Assembly (NCBI GenBank): GCA_964573055.1
Contig: CAZNIG010000009.1
Coordinates: forward strand, 103 to 64,102
Length of the DNA: 64,000 nucleotides
DNA from: an uncultured Dehalococcoidia bacterium
GTDB lineage: Bacteria > Chloroflexota > Dehalococcoidia > Lucifugimonadales > UBA2985
Reading direction: 5' to 3'
Shown: positions 28,249 to 37,690 of the stretch, in pieces
Layout: the number at the start of each line of letters is the position of its first letter
How positions within the stretch are numbered: position 1 is the stretch's first letter
The notes under the pieces: generated by a model
The model's database searches: none
Told to the model about the DNA's origin: nothing
Seen by the model: the letters and a program-made list of their open reading frames with translations, nothing else
Program-made: the position numbers and the translations under genes

Positions 28249-28584
28249 ATGGGACCCCATATCATACCTAACCTTACATCCGAAAAAGCAAGCGAGATAT
28301 GCATGAAAGAGTGCTTGGCCCTGTGCTGCCGAGGCCCATTGATATTACCGCTGGCAGATACAGAGATATCCACATTCCGCGAACATGCAGACAAGCTACA
28401 AGTAGAAATATCGATAACAATGGGCTATACGGGAGGTTGGATAAAGTTCTCAGACCACCCTGGGGATCTGTGCCCTATGTTGGACCAAGACACATTCGCC
28501 TGTCGCATCTACGAACAGAGACCCCAAAGATGTCGGGATTTCCCTGACAAACTCACCCCTGGCTGCGCTATATCTGGAGGTTGA
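28249..28584 (+). CDS. YkgJ-family cysteine-cluster (CxxCxxCC) protein
   Basis: CMKECLALCCRGP followed by FACRIYEQRPQRCRDFP, typical of the UPF0153/YkgJ family. Confidence 0.65.
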   Translation: MGPHIIPNLTSEKASEICMKECLALCCRGPLILPLADTEISTFREHADKLQVEISITMGYTGGWIKFSDHPGDLCPMLDQDTFACRIYEQRPQRCRDFPDKLTPGCAISGG

Positions 28585-28677
28585 TCCACAGCTGACGGCT
28601 TCAGCAGTGTGAGATAGGCTAATATTGTAGCGATCGCTACTGGAGGTCCACATCTAGTTTTGATCGGCCGACCTGAT

Positions 28678-29685
28678 CTAGCCTCCGATCTGATACATCT
28701 CGACTTTCCTTCGGGAAAACTCAGTCAATGAGGACCTTATGTCTGAGTATCTATCCGACCTCTGTTGCCACACATTAGTCATAATTTGTTCTAATTCAGC
28801 ATCACTAGCGCCTGAACGCATAGGAGTTCGTAGATCGCGTCCGTCTTCAGCGAATAAACATGTGAACAATTTGCCGTCAGTTGATAGCCTAGCCCTAGTA
28901 CAGTCACTACAAAAAGTCTGTGTTACTGATGATATAAACCCTATCTCGCCACTTCCGTCCAAATACCGATATCGATCTGCTACTTCTCCCTGATAATTCT
29001 TGTTGACCGGCTCCAACGGGATCTCTCTATGTATTCGCTCTACTAAATCCAAAGATGGCACTACCTGATCCAGTTTCCAACCATTTATGTTACCAACATC
29101 CATATATTCTATGAATCTTACGATCACACCTGTTCCACGAAAATGCCTGGCAATATCTAGTACATTATGGTCGTTGACCCCCTTCTGAACCACCGTGTTT
29201 ACCTTTATCGGATCAAGGCCAACCTCGCGAGCTTTTTCTATGGCGTTAAGTACTTTTTCAACTCCAAAGCCACGTCCATTCATTTCCCCAAAAATACGAT
29301 CGTCCAAGCTATCCAAACTCACTGTGATTCTTTGAAGCCCTGCATCTTTAAGAGACTGCGCATTTTGAGCCAAAAGATATCCGTTAGTAGTCAGCGTTAA
29401 GTCGTCAATTCCTTCAACATTGCCAAGCTTAGATATAAGGTTTTCTACGCCGCTCCGGACCAATGGTTCTCCTCCAGTTATTCGTATCTTATTGGTACCA
29501 AGCTTCGCGAATATCCGAACAAGTCGTTCTATCTCTTCAAAGCTTAAGAGCTCTTCCCTAGGAAGGAATTGGTATCTTTCTCCAAATACTTCGGCTGGCA
29601 TGCAATACGGGCAACGGAAGTTACATCTATCCGTAACCGAAACCCTTAAATCTTTCATTAGCCTACCAAGTAGATCTTTGACCAT
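28678..29685 (-). CDS. moaA: GTP 3',8-cyclase (molybdenum cofactor biosynthesis protein A)
   Basis: Radical-SAM CNFRCPYC motif, a C-terminal CSDCTRARLSTDGKLFTC cluster and a GG C-terminus. Confidence 0.9.
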   Translation of the reverse strand: MVKDLLGRLMKDLRVSVTDRCNFRCPYCMPAEVFGERYQFLPREELLSFEEIERLVRIFAKLGTNKIRITGGEPLVRSGVENLISKLGNVEGIDDLTLTTNGYLLAQNAQSLKDAGLQRITVSLDSLDDRIFGEMNGRGFGVEKVLNAIEKAREVGLDPIKVNTVVQKGVNDHNVLDIARHFRGTGVIVRFIEYMDVGNINGWKLDQVVPSLDLVERIHREIPLEPVNKNYQGEVADRYRYLDGSGEIGFISSVTQTFCSDCTRARLSTDGKLFTCLFAEDGRDLRTPMRSGASDAELEQIMTNVWQQRSDRYSDIRSSLTEFSRRKVEMYQIGG

Positions 29686-29780
29686 ATCACTATTTCATTT
29701 ACGTTAGTCTATGTTCTAGCCCTTTTGGTTTCTGTTTACAGCTCACATTTTTATGAGCTTCGGGGCCCAAGACTGAGAAC

Positions 29781-30395
29781 TTATTCTTTTCTATACGCCT
29801 CTTTCTTGAAGAATTCAATTACCCTACGAGCTGCTATGCCCCTATGACTTACATGATTTTTTTCATCTAAGTCCAACTCCGCCATGTGCCTACCAAGCGA
29901 TGGAATATAAAATATTGGGTCGTAACCAAACCCCTTAGTGCCATGAGGTTCAAGCGATATAATGCCGTCGCATTTGCCCTCGAAAATCTCTACCCCGCCT
30001 CCTCCTGGTTCGGCAATAGCTATAACTGACCTGAAAGTTGCCCTTCTTCTAGCCCAGTCGACATCATTGAGCTTATTCAACAAATATTTTACCATTTGCT
30101 CGGAAGTAGCATTCAGTCCAGCATACCTAGCAGAAAATATACCTGGCGCTCCGCCTAGTGCATCTACCTCTAAGCCTGAATCATCTGACAATGCACGTAA
30201 TCCACTCGCAGCGGCGAACGCCACCGCCTTAAGTTTAGCATTTTCCTCAAACGTCGTCCCGGTTTCCTCAACATCCAGAACCACACCCTCATCTTCAGGA
30301 GTAGTTATGGCGAGGGGTATCCCCTCAAGAAGATGTACCAGTTCTCGGATTTTACCTGCGTTATTAGTAGCCAGCAGAAGCCGCGTTTTAGTCAT
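29781..30395 (-). CDS. rdgB: Non-canonical purine NTP pyrophosphatase (RdgB/HAM1)
   Basis: LLATNNAGKIRE and FGYDPIF motifs. Confidence 0.9.
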   Translation of the reverse strand: MTKTRLLLATNNAGKIRELVHLLEGIPLAITTPEDEGVVLDVEETGTTFEENAKLKAVAFAAASGLRALSDDSGLEVDALGGAPGIFSARYAGLNATSEQMVKYLLNKLNDVDWARRRATFRSVIAIAEPGGGGVEIFEGKCDGIISLEPHGTKGFGYDPIFYIPSLGRHMAELDLDEKNHVSHRGIAARRVIEFFKKEAYRKE

Positions 30396-30416
30396 GCACC
30401 TAATACCACGGCCGAG

Positions 30417-31454
30417 CTATACGTTAGAGAGTTCCTTTTCCATGGAGGCTACATATGATCCTTGACGCGCAGCGCTGGTAAGCTTAGCCCTATGATAGAA
30501 GGCCTGCATGGCTTTTTCCGTGTTTTCAGTCAAACCGCTCCATGCTTTTTGTGGCGCAGCTTGTAGTCCTCGCCCGAAGGAGAAGCTTAGCTGCCACGGA
30601 GCACCGACCTTTGCAGCCAATTGATTTATCGAGTTAAGATTAACGGTCGCTTCCTCATCACTCTGCCCTCCAGACAGAAACACTATGCCAGGAACTGCAG
30701 CTGGGACGGATCGCTTGAAGCATGCTATAGTCTTCTCTGCAACTTCATCTGAGCTAGCCCGATTACTAGACGTGCTTCCCGAAAGAACCATACTAGGCTT
30801 CAGAAGCATTCCCTCCAAACTTACCTTTTGTCTTACAAGTTCAGCGAATACCGACCTTAATGTAGCTTCGTTTACTTCGAAAGCTTTGTCGATGCTGTGA
30901 CCTCCGTCCATAAGCACCTCTGGCTCAACAATCGGGACCAAACCCGCCTCCTGACTCAAAGCCGCGTACCTAGCCAGGCCTTGAGCGGCCAGATCTATGC
31001 AGTACTGAGTCGGAATACCATCCCCTATTGTTATAACCGCCCTCCATTTAGTAAAGCGTGCGCCGATCTCCGCGTATTCCTTGCACCTATCCCTGAGCCC
31101 ATCAAGCCCCTCTGTCATTAACTCACCTGATGCCTCTGGGATAGGCTGAGTGCCTTTATCAACCTTTATTCCTGGAATAATCCCTTGATCAGTAAGAACT
31201 TGCACAAGTGGTGTCCCATCTGCGCCATTTTGCCGGATTGTCTCATCAAACAAGATAATACCGCTGATATATTCACTTGCGCCCTTGGTTCTAAAGAGCA
31301 ATTCCCTGTAGTTCCGTCTATTGTCTTCTGTAGATTCGACATTAATTGCATCGAACCGCCGCTTAATCGTACCTGAACTTTCATCAGCGGCGAGGATTCC
31401 TTTTCCCGGGGCTACTAGGGCCTGGGCAGTACTAACTAACTTATCTATGTCCAT
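30417..31454 (-). CDS. fba: Class I fructose-bisphosphate aldolase
   Basis: GKGILAADESSGTIKRRF N-terminal signature of class I (Schiff-base) aldolases; 345 aa. Confidence 0.85.
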   Translation of the reverse strand: MDIDKLVSTAQALVAPGKGILAADESSGTIKRRFDAINVESTEDNRRNYRELLFRTKGASEYISGIILFDETIRQNGADGTPLVQVLTDQGIIPGIKVDKGTQPIPEASGELMTEGLDGLRDRCKEYAEIGARFTKWRAVITIGDGIPTQYCIDLAAQGLARYAALSQEAGLVPIVEPEVLMDGGHSIDKAFEVNEATLRSVFAELVRQKVSLEGMLLKPSMVLSGSTSSNRASSDEVAEKTIACFKRSVPAAVPGIVFLSGGQSDEEATVNLNSINQLAAKVGAPWQLSFSFGRGLQAAPQKAWSGLTENTEKAMQAFYHRAKLTSAARQGSYVASMEKELSNV

Positions 31455-31496
31455 ACCATGCTCCTTACTAACTCTAGCGGATATATAAGATCTGAT

Positions 31497-32468
31497 CTAG
31501 CCACCAGTTATAGTCGCTACGGCCTGCTCAACCACATCCTTGTTACCCAATATAAGAGGAGTTCTCTCGTGAAGTTCTTTAGGCTGTATATCCAAGATAC
31601 GCCTTAAACCGGTGGAGGCACTACCGCCAGCCTGCTCTGCCACATACCCAAGAGGATTAGCCTCGTACATCAATCGAAGTCTTCCTCCGGGCCTACTCGC
31701 GTCGGCCGGATATAGGAATATGCCTCCCTTGAGAAGATTCCTATGAAAATCTGCAACCAAGGAACCTACATATCTAAGTGACAAGGAGTCCCTAAGGTTA
31801 CTTATTGCCTTCTGAGTAGGCGCGTCTAGGCCTTTGAAGTTACCTTCATTAGTGCTGTAATAGGGACAGTCACTTGGTATTCTTATGTTCGGATGTGTTA
31901 TAGCGAACTCCCCGGTTTCCGGATCCAATGTGAAACCATTAACATCATCATTGGCAGCCACGACAAGTACCGTACTAGATCCGTATACTACGTATGCAGC
32001 TGCCACCTGCTCGTTACCAGGCCTAAGGAGGGAATTCTCATCAACAACACCTGTCATATCTCGACGCCATATCCCGAATATGGATCCTATACTAACCGCC
32101 ACATCGATATTCGAAGAGCCGTCCAAGGGATCCATCAGCACCATATATGCATGTTGGCTACCAGAACCCGCGATTACTGGTTTTTCTATTTCTTCGCAGC
32201 CAATTACCGCCACCCTGCCACTATCAGTTAGAGTCTCTACGAAGATATTTGAGCTGGCCTCATCCAACCGTTGGACTATCTCACCGTGTACGTTACTTTC
32301 ACCAGTAGTACCCAGAACATCAGCCAAAGAGGCTGCTTGAACCTGTCCATGTACCTGATGTGCCCCTTTTGCTATAGCCTCGATAACGGATCCCATACCA
32401 TCAAATTTCGGGTCATCCGAGTAAGCCGAGGCAACAAACTCACTGAGGGTCTGTCTAGATTTAGACAC
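31497..32468 (-). CDS. fbp: Fructose-1,6-bisphosphatase class 1
   Basis: DPLDGSSNIDV and GEFAITHP-type motifs. The start is moved to GTG 32468 because an AGGGGGTG SD lies 7 nt upstream and the resulting N-terminus V-SKSRQTLSEF aligns with the canonical M..TLGEF. The 54 upstream codons in the ORF track look non-coding. Confidence 0.85.
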   Translation of the reverse strand: MSKSRQTLSEFVASAYSDDPKFDGMGSVIEAIAKGAHQVHGQVQAASLADVLGTTGESNVHGEIVQRLDEASSNIFVETLTDSGRVAVIGCEEIEKPVIAGSGSQHAYMVLMDPLDGSSNIDVAVSIGSIFGIWRRDMTGVVDENSLLRPGNEQVAAAYVVYGSSTVLVVAANDDVNGFTLDPETGEFAITHPNIRIPSDCPYYSTNEGNFKGLDAPTQKAISNLRDSLSLRYVGSLVADFHRNLLKGGIFLYPADASRPGGRLRLMYEANPLGYVAEQAGGSASTGLRRILDIQPKELHERTPLILGNKDVVEQAVATITGG

Positions 32469-32580
32469 TGCCAACCACCCCCTATTTACGTAGCTGAGGT
32501 CTGCGTTCCTTGGCGTCCACTGGGAATGGATGCCGTGACTGTGTAAGATTTTAACGTGGAGCCAGATAGGTGTCAATGAA

Positions 32581-32608
32581 TTGACAAAACCGGATATTGC
32601 TATATACA
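32581..32608 (+). promoter_or_regulatory. Candidate sigma70-type promoter (TTGACA-N16-TATACA) facing the peptidase gene
   Basis: TTGACA at 32581-32586 and TATACA at 32603-32608. Confidence 0.3.
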
Positions 32609-32615
32609 ATTTCCA

Positions 32616-32765
32616 AGCCATCGACTGCAAATAAGCAGCGGTGAGCCTAAAGGTAGCTCACAGCCAGAGCCGCGGGGATCAATGAGACCACGACGGCAAC
32701 CTCAGAAGCCCTTAAGAGAAAACACTAAGACCTCCCCAAAAGGTTGGGGTAGGTCTTTATTTTTT
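32616..32765 (+). ncRNA. Candidate ~150-nt small RNA or transcription-attenuating leader (class unknown)
   Basis: Bounded by the candidate promoter and a strong intrinsic terminator. It contains an internal GTGAGC/GCTCAC hairpin (32641-32661). Confidence 0.3.
32727..32765 (+). terminator. Rho-independent terminator
   Basis: AGACCTCCCCAA-AAGG-TTGGGG(T)AGGTCT forms a stem of about 13 bp with one bulge, followed by TTATTTTTT. Confidence 0.7.
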
Positions 32766-32775
32766 GGGTGCCTCA

Positions 32776-33753
32776 ATGAATAATTCCATCACAGATGTGC
32801 TTGGCATAAAGGTTGGCCATTATACCAACTCTCAGGCAGCAACCGGATGCACTGTTGTGCTCTGTGAAGACGGGGCTGTACCTGGCGTAGATGTAAGAGG
32901 CTCGGCTCCAGGCACTCGCGAAACTGACCTCATGCGCACAGGGAACTTAGTTCAAGAAGTTCATGGTATAGCGCTCAGTGGGGGAAGCGCCTTTGGTCTG
33001 GATTCTGCATCTGGAGTAATGCGATATCTAGAGGAAAGAGAAATCGGATTTCGCATTGGGCCTGGAGTAGTACCGATTGTTCCCGCTGCGATAATTTTTG
33101 ACCTCGGACTAATAGATCATAAGATAAGGCCAGGCGCAGACGAAGGCTACCAAGCATGCTTGGAGGCCACAGCAGGATTCATAGAGGAAGGTAGCGTAGG
33201 AGCAGGAACAGGAGCGACAGTGGGCAAGGTACTTGGAAAATCCAATGCTACTAAAGGCGGTATAGGGACAGCAAGCGTACAGCTCGGCAATATAACTATA
33301 GGGGCAATAGCAGTAGTTAATGCGTTCGGGGATGTTATAGATCCTGATGATGGCAAGGTTCTGGCTGGCCCACGAGATGAAAAATCCAAGTCTTTCTTAA
33401 GAACAGAGGAGATCCTTGGATCCTCAAATAATCGAACTGAGCAACAAGGCGGACCCAGCAACACCACCTTGGCTATAGTCGCCACTGATGCACGCCTCAA
33501 CAAAGAACAGGCTAATAAACTAGCGCAGGTTGGTCAGGATGGATTGGCTATTGCTGTACGGCCTTGCCACTCTATGGGAGACGGAGATGTAGTCTTCGCT
33601 CTAGCTACCGGCAAGAGCGAAGACGAGATTGATATGAGGCAATTGTGCTCATTTACTTCACAAATTGTAGCCAAAGCTATAGTTCGCGGGGCCATTATGG
33701 CCAAAGGGCTAGGTGGGGTGCCATCTGCTAAGGAGTTCTCTCTGCTGTCCTGA
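32776..33753 (+). CDS. P1 (S58/DmpA) family peptidase, L-aminopeptidase/D-esterase-like
   Basis: ATGCTVVL, SGGSAFGLD and NTTLAIVATDA motifs. The start is set at the first ATG. Confidence 0.8.
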   Translation: MNNSITDVLGIKVGHYTNSQAATGCTVVLCEDGAVPGVDVRGSAPGTRETDLMRTGNLVQEVHGIALSGGSAFGLDSASGVMRYLEEREIGFRIGPGVVPIVPAAIIFDLGLIDHKIRPGADEGYQACLEATAGFIEEGSVGAGTGATVGKVLGKSNATKGGIGTASVQLGNITIGAIAVVNAFGDVIDPDDGKVLAGPRDEKSKSFLRTEEILGSSNNRTEQQGGPSNTTLAIVATDARLNKEQANKLAQVGQDGLAIAVRPCHSMGDGDVVFALATGKSEDEIDMRQLCSFTSQIVAKAIVRGAIMAKGLGGVPSAKEFSLLS

Positions 33754-33816
33754 CAGCTACAGCCAAATCATTTCTCAATCATCTTATATATAAACAACAA
33801 AACAAAAGGAATAGCT

Positions 33817-34695
33817 GTGCAGAATAGGGCAATGAAAATAGGCTTCATAGGAGCAGGCAGGATCGCCACCACACTTGCCTTAGGCTTGGCCAAATGTGGC
33901 TACCATATCGCAGCAATAGCAAGCCGCACACACCAATCTGCGCAACTCCTAGCTGAGACTATACAAGGTGGTTGCCAAGCCAAAGAAGACTACTTAGATA
34001 TCGTTCGCCATTGTGATTTTGTTTTTATTACCACTCCTGATGATTCTATAGAAGCTGTGGTAGAGCAAATACATTGGCAAGAAGGGATGTCTGTTGTGCA
34101 TTGCTCAGGAGCAAAAACTTCCGATATATTGAAAAAAGCCAAGAACGACGGAGCACGCACTGGTTCATTTCATCCTATGCAGACCTTCCCCAAGACAAGT
34201 AGTGGCGATAATGAATTATCTGGGATCAGCTTCGCCCTAGAGGGCGATAGACCAGTACTAAATCAGCTTAAGGATATGGCCTCAAATTTGGGCGGCTGGT
34301 CTATGGAAGTATCTCCTGAACACCGCGCTATCTATCATGTATCCGGGTTCCTAGCATGCGGAGCAGTAACCACCCTCATTAACCAAGCCTCGGGTCTGTG
34401 GGAGATCTTAGGGTACAAAAGAGAATACGGACTCAAAGTATTGCTCCCTCTACTAAAAAGTACAGTTTCAAGTATTGAAAATCAGGGAATAGCTGATTCT
34501 TTAACTGGCCCAATATCGCGAGGGGACATAAGCACAGTTGAGAAACACATAGAAGCGCTTCAAGAAAATGCAAAATCAATTCTGCCGCTGTACAAGAGTC
34601 TTGCTTCTGGGGCTTTGGCAATAGCTAGTCAAAGTAACGATATCAACCAGTCGTCAAAAAAGTCATTGATGACACTGCTTGACGATCATATTTAG
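33817..34695 (+). CDS. Rossmann-fold plus DUF2520 domain protein; candidate PanG-type ketopantoate reductase
   Basis: IGFIGAGRIATTLA NAD(P) motif. HPMQTF, FALEGD, YHVSGFLACGAV and LTGPISRGD are typical of DUF2520 proteins. Its stop lies 62 nt before panB. The start could instead be ATG 33832. Confidence 0.7.
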   Translation: MQNRAMKIGFIGAGRIATTLALGLAKCGYHIAAIASRTHQSAQLLAETIQGGCQAKEDYLDIVRHCDFVFITTPDDSIEAVVEQIHWQEGMSVVHCSGAKTSDILKKAKNDGARTGSFHPMQTFPKTSSGDNELSGISFALEGDRPVLNQLKDMASNLGGWSMEVSPEHRAIYHVSGFLACGAVTTLINQASGLWEILGYKREYGLKVLLPLLKSTVSSIENQGIADSLTGPISRGDISTVEKHIEALQENAKSILPLYKSLASGALAIASQSNDINQSSKKSLMTLLDDHI

Positions 34696-34757
34696 TGAAT
34701 TACAAAGGAACAATCCATATAAACGCCAAACAGTACCAGCTAACTAGGAGGCACAAT

Positions 34758-35597
34758 ATGCGAGTATCTATAGAAGACGTCAAGAAAATGAAAGAGCTTG
34801 GGGATAAGATCCCTATGATAACTGCATATGACTACACATCGGCAAGGATTGTTGACGAATCTGGTATTCCTATCATACTTGTCGGCGATAGCCTAGGGCA
34901 GGTTGTACTAGGCTACGACTCAACAATACCAGTTACAATGGACGAAATGATACACCACACGAGAGCTGTGACCAAAGGCACGAAGAATGCCTTGGTGGTC
35001 GGCGATATGCCCTTCATGTCATACCAAGCCAGTGCTTCAGAAGCGATGCACAACGCTGCTCGATTTCTACAAGAAGGCGGAGCTCAGACAATTAAGTTAG
35101 AGGGGGGTGTTTCAATCGCCCCAACAGTGGAGCGCCTAGTGTCCGCCGGAATACCAGTTATGGGCCATATAGGACTAACCCCACAATCCGTTCACCAACT
35201 AGGAGGCTACAAGGTTCAAGGTAAAACACTTAAGGCGGCCGTCAAGCTAATGGAAGATGCCAGATCACTTGAAGAAAGCGGAGCTTTTGCCATAGTCTTA
35301 GAGTGCGTCCCTAGCTCCCTAGCTCTGCTTATAACGGAACGAGTGTCTATCCCCACAATCGGCATAGGGGCAGGAGGAGGATGCGATGGGCAAGTCCAAG
35401 TTTTCCACGATATGCTTGGCCTTTACACAGAGTTCACGCCTAAACACACAAGGAAATTCGCAAGCTTGGCAGATAATATATCGGTTGCTCTAGCAAAATA
35501 CTCTCAGGAAGTAAAAAGCCAGACATTTCCAACCCAAGAGCATAGTTATCAACTGAAACAAGAAGTACTCTCTGAATTACAGTCGCAAGTAATTTAA
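34758..35597 (+). CDS. panB: 3-methyl-2-oxobutanoate hydroxymethyltransferase
   Basis: MITAYDY and LVGDSLG motifs. The start is at the ATG preceded by AGGAGG with a 6-nt spacer. Confidence 0.9.
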   Translation: MRVSIEDVKKMKELGDKIPMITAYDYTSARIVDESGIPIILVGDSLGQVVLGYDSTIPVTMDEMIHHTRAVTKGTKNALVVGDMPFMSYQASASEAMHNAARFLQEGGAQTIKLEGGVSIAPTVERLVSAGIPVMGHIGLTPQSVHQLGGYKVQGKTLKAAVKLMEDARSLEESGAFAIVLECVPSSLALLITERVSIPTIGIGAGGGCDGQVQVFHDMLGLYTEFTPKHTRKFASLADNISVALAKYSQEVKSQTFPTQEHSYQLKQEVLSELQSQVI

Positions 35598-35601
35598 CCA
35601 C

Positions 35602-36447
35602 ATGAAAATAGTACGCGATGTATCCGAGATGAGATCTATGCAATCTCAATTTACTCGGCCTATAGGCTTAGTGCCTACTATGGGCGCCCTACATCTCGGA
35701 CACCTCTCCTTAGTTGAGCGAGCGCGCCAAGAAAACTCCTGCATTGTGGTCAGTATCTTTGTAAACCCGACTCAATTCGGACCAAAAGAAGACTATCTTA
35801 CATATCCTAGGGACATTGATAAGGATTTAGCTCTACTCGATGACCACAAAGTAGATATTTTGTTCGCTCCAGACCCAACCGGATTATATCCAGATGGATT
35901 TGATACATGGATTGACATAGGGCGGATCGCTAATAGGCTTGAAGGCTCATCGCGACCTGGGCATTTCAGAGGTGTAGCGACTATAGTAACGAAGCTATTC
36001 GGAATAGTGAAGCCAGATAAAGCTTATTTTGGTCAAAAAGACGCTCAGCAAGTTAGAATAATAGAGCGAATTAACACGGACCTGAACCTCGGCGTAGAAG
36101 TGGTCGCCATGCCCACTGTCCGTGAAGAAGACGGTTTGGCGATGAGTAGTCGCAACGTGCATCTAGATAACAAGCAACGGCAGGCAGCCGTGGTGCTCTA
36201 TGGTGCTCTCAGAGCAGCTAAGAAAATGCACGAACGGGGACACAACCAGGCATCCGCTATTAAGCAGGCGATGGATTCCTATATAAAAGGGGAACCACTT
36301 GCCACGGTGGATTATATCAGCGTAGCAGATCCATTTGACCTCACAGAAGTTAAAACAATACATGGGAGTGCTCTAGTTTCTCTGGCAGTACGTATTGGAA
36401 GCACGCGCCTGATAGACAACATAACACTACACAACCCACATAAGTAA
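35602..36447 (+). CDS. panC: Pantoate--beta-alanine ligase
   Basis: VPTMGALHLGHLSLV HIGH-like motif. Translationally coupled, starting 4 nt after the panB stop. Confidence 0.92.
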   Translation: MKIVRDVSEMRSMQSQFTRPIGLVPTMGALHLGHLSLVERARQENSCIVVSIFVNPTQFGPKEDYLTYPRDIDKDLALLDDHKVDILFAPDPTGLYPDGFDTWIDIGRIANRLEGSSRPGHFRGVATIVTKLFGIVKPDKAYFGQKDAQQVRIIERINTDLNLGVEVVAMPTVREEDGLAMSSRNVHLDNKQRQAAVVLYGALRAAKKMHERGHNQASAIKQAMDSYIKGEPLATVDYISVADPFDLTEVKTIHGSALVSLAVRIGSTRLIDNITLHNPHK

Positions 36448-36714
36448 AAACCCCCTATTAACCCGCGAGTTCAACATCTGGTAAATGCGCCGATTTGCTT
36501 TATCAAGTCTATTAGCAGAAACAATAATTGATGATAGTATAGTGGTAGAGGACTGCTCGCTGGATGTGATAGCTGACCCTAAATGAGTTATATACTACTC
36601 CAACCGCTAAGAAATCCGCCGATTAGTCCCCCTAGAGTGAGGTACGGGTCCAAAACAAACAACTATACCAGAACATACCAGATTCCTGACGGCGACTAAT
36701 ATTAGGAGTTAGAC

Positions 36715-37491
36715 TTGAGGATACTTGTTACTAACGATGATGGTATTCATTCACCTGGTTTAAGGGCGTTGTCAGACGCTTTAAGTCAAGTAGGGGAAGT
36801 CACAGTAGTAGCACCTGACAGAGAACAGAGTGGCGTAGGAACTGCGATCACACTCAGCCAACCGGTAAGAGTCATGGCTACCCCACACATTTTCCCAAAT
36901 ATAAAGGCCTACGCTGTGGAGGGTACTCCGGCGGACAGTGCAATACTTGGACTAGAAACCTTGATAGAGGAACCTGTCGATATGGTGGTATCAGGAATTA
37001 ACCAAGGTGCTAACATGGGCAATGATATTTTCATATCAGGAACCGTGGGGGCAGCGCTTCAGGGCTACTTCAGAGGCATACCAGCAATAGCGATATCTGT
37101 AGCCGCACTTAAAGATGTCCATTTCACAGCTGCCGCACTAGTAGCAAGAAACTTGGCAATTGGAGTCGAAAATGGACTAATATCTGCTCCTATATTCCTA
37201 AATGTAAACGTTCCCAATGTACCCATAGAAAAAATTAAGGGTGTGTCTCTTACCCATCTAGGTAGGCGCACTTATATGGATGTCGTAAAACACGGTAATG
37301 ACGGCCGCCGAGATTATTATTGGATCAGCCGAGAGAAACCTGGTTGGATACTAGAAAGAGGTCTAGACAACTGGGTTGTCAGGCGACGCCGAATATCCAT
37401 TACCCCCATAACAACAGATTTAACACAAGGCTATATATCCAAAGGGCTGCGATCCTTATCTAGAACTATACGCCAAGGTTTTCGCACATAG
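36715..37491 (+). CDS. surE: 5'/3'-nucleotidase SurE
   Basis: MRILVTNDDGI N-terminus (TTG start with a GGAG SD) and the SGINQGANMG motif. Confidence 0.9.
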   Translation: MRILVTNDDGIHSPGLRALSDALSQVGEVTVVAPDREQSGVGTAITLSQPVRVMATPHIFPNIKAYAVEGTPADSAILGLETLIEEPVDMVVSGINQGANMGNDIFISGTVGAALQGYFRGIPAIAISVAALKDVHFTAAALVARNLAIGVENGLISAPIFLNVNVPNVPIEKIKGVSLTHLGRRTYMDVVKHGNDGRRDYYWISREKPGWILERGLDNWVVRRRRISITPITTDLTQGYISKGLRSLSRTIRQGFRT

Positions 37492-37690
37492 AGTAGTTCG
37501 AGCTCCACGAGTCAACAAACAGCCTAATAAAATACTATGGTGAAACCAAATTCGTATGTAACCGTAACCGTGGATACAAGATCTTAACTCCAGATAAAAA
37601 TCTACATATTGCGACTGATTAGGCTTGTGCCATCCACTTGTTTACCGTAATATTAGTCGGGTTAAGTTGTGAGAACCAGCAGGAGGATCC

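Noticed and set aside
28627-28640. The perfect 14-bp palindrome GTAGCGATCGCTAC, which contains the cyanobacterial HIP1 core GCGATCGC, between the convergent ykgJ-like and moaA genes.
   Set aside because: It is a single occurrence in 64 kb, so it is not an iterated element. With no loop it is a poor terminator hairpin. It is most simply explained as chance or a restriction-type palindrome.
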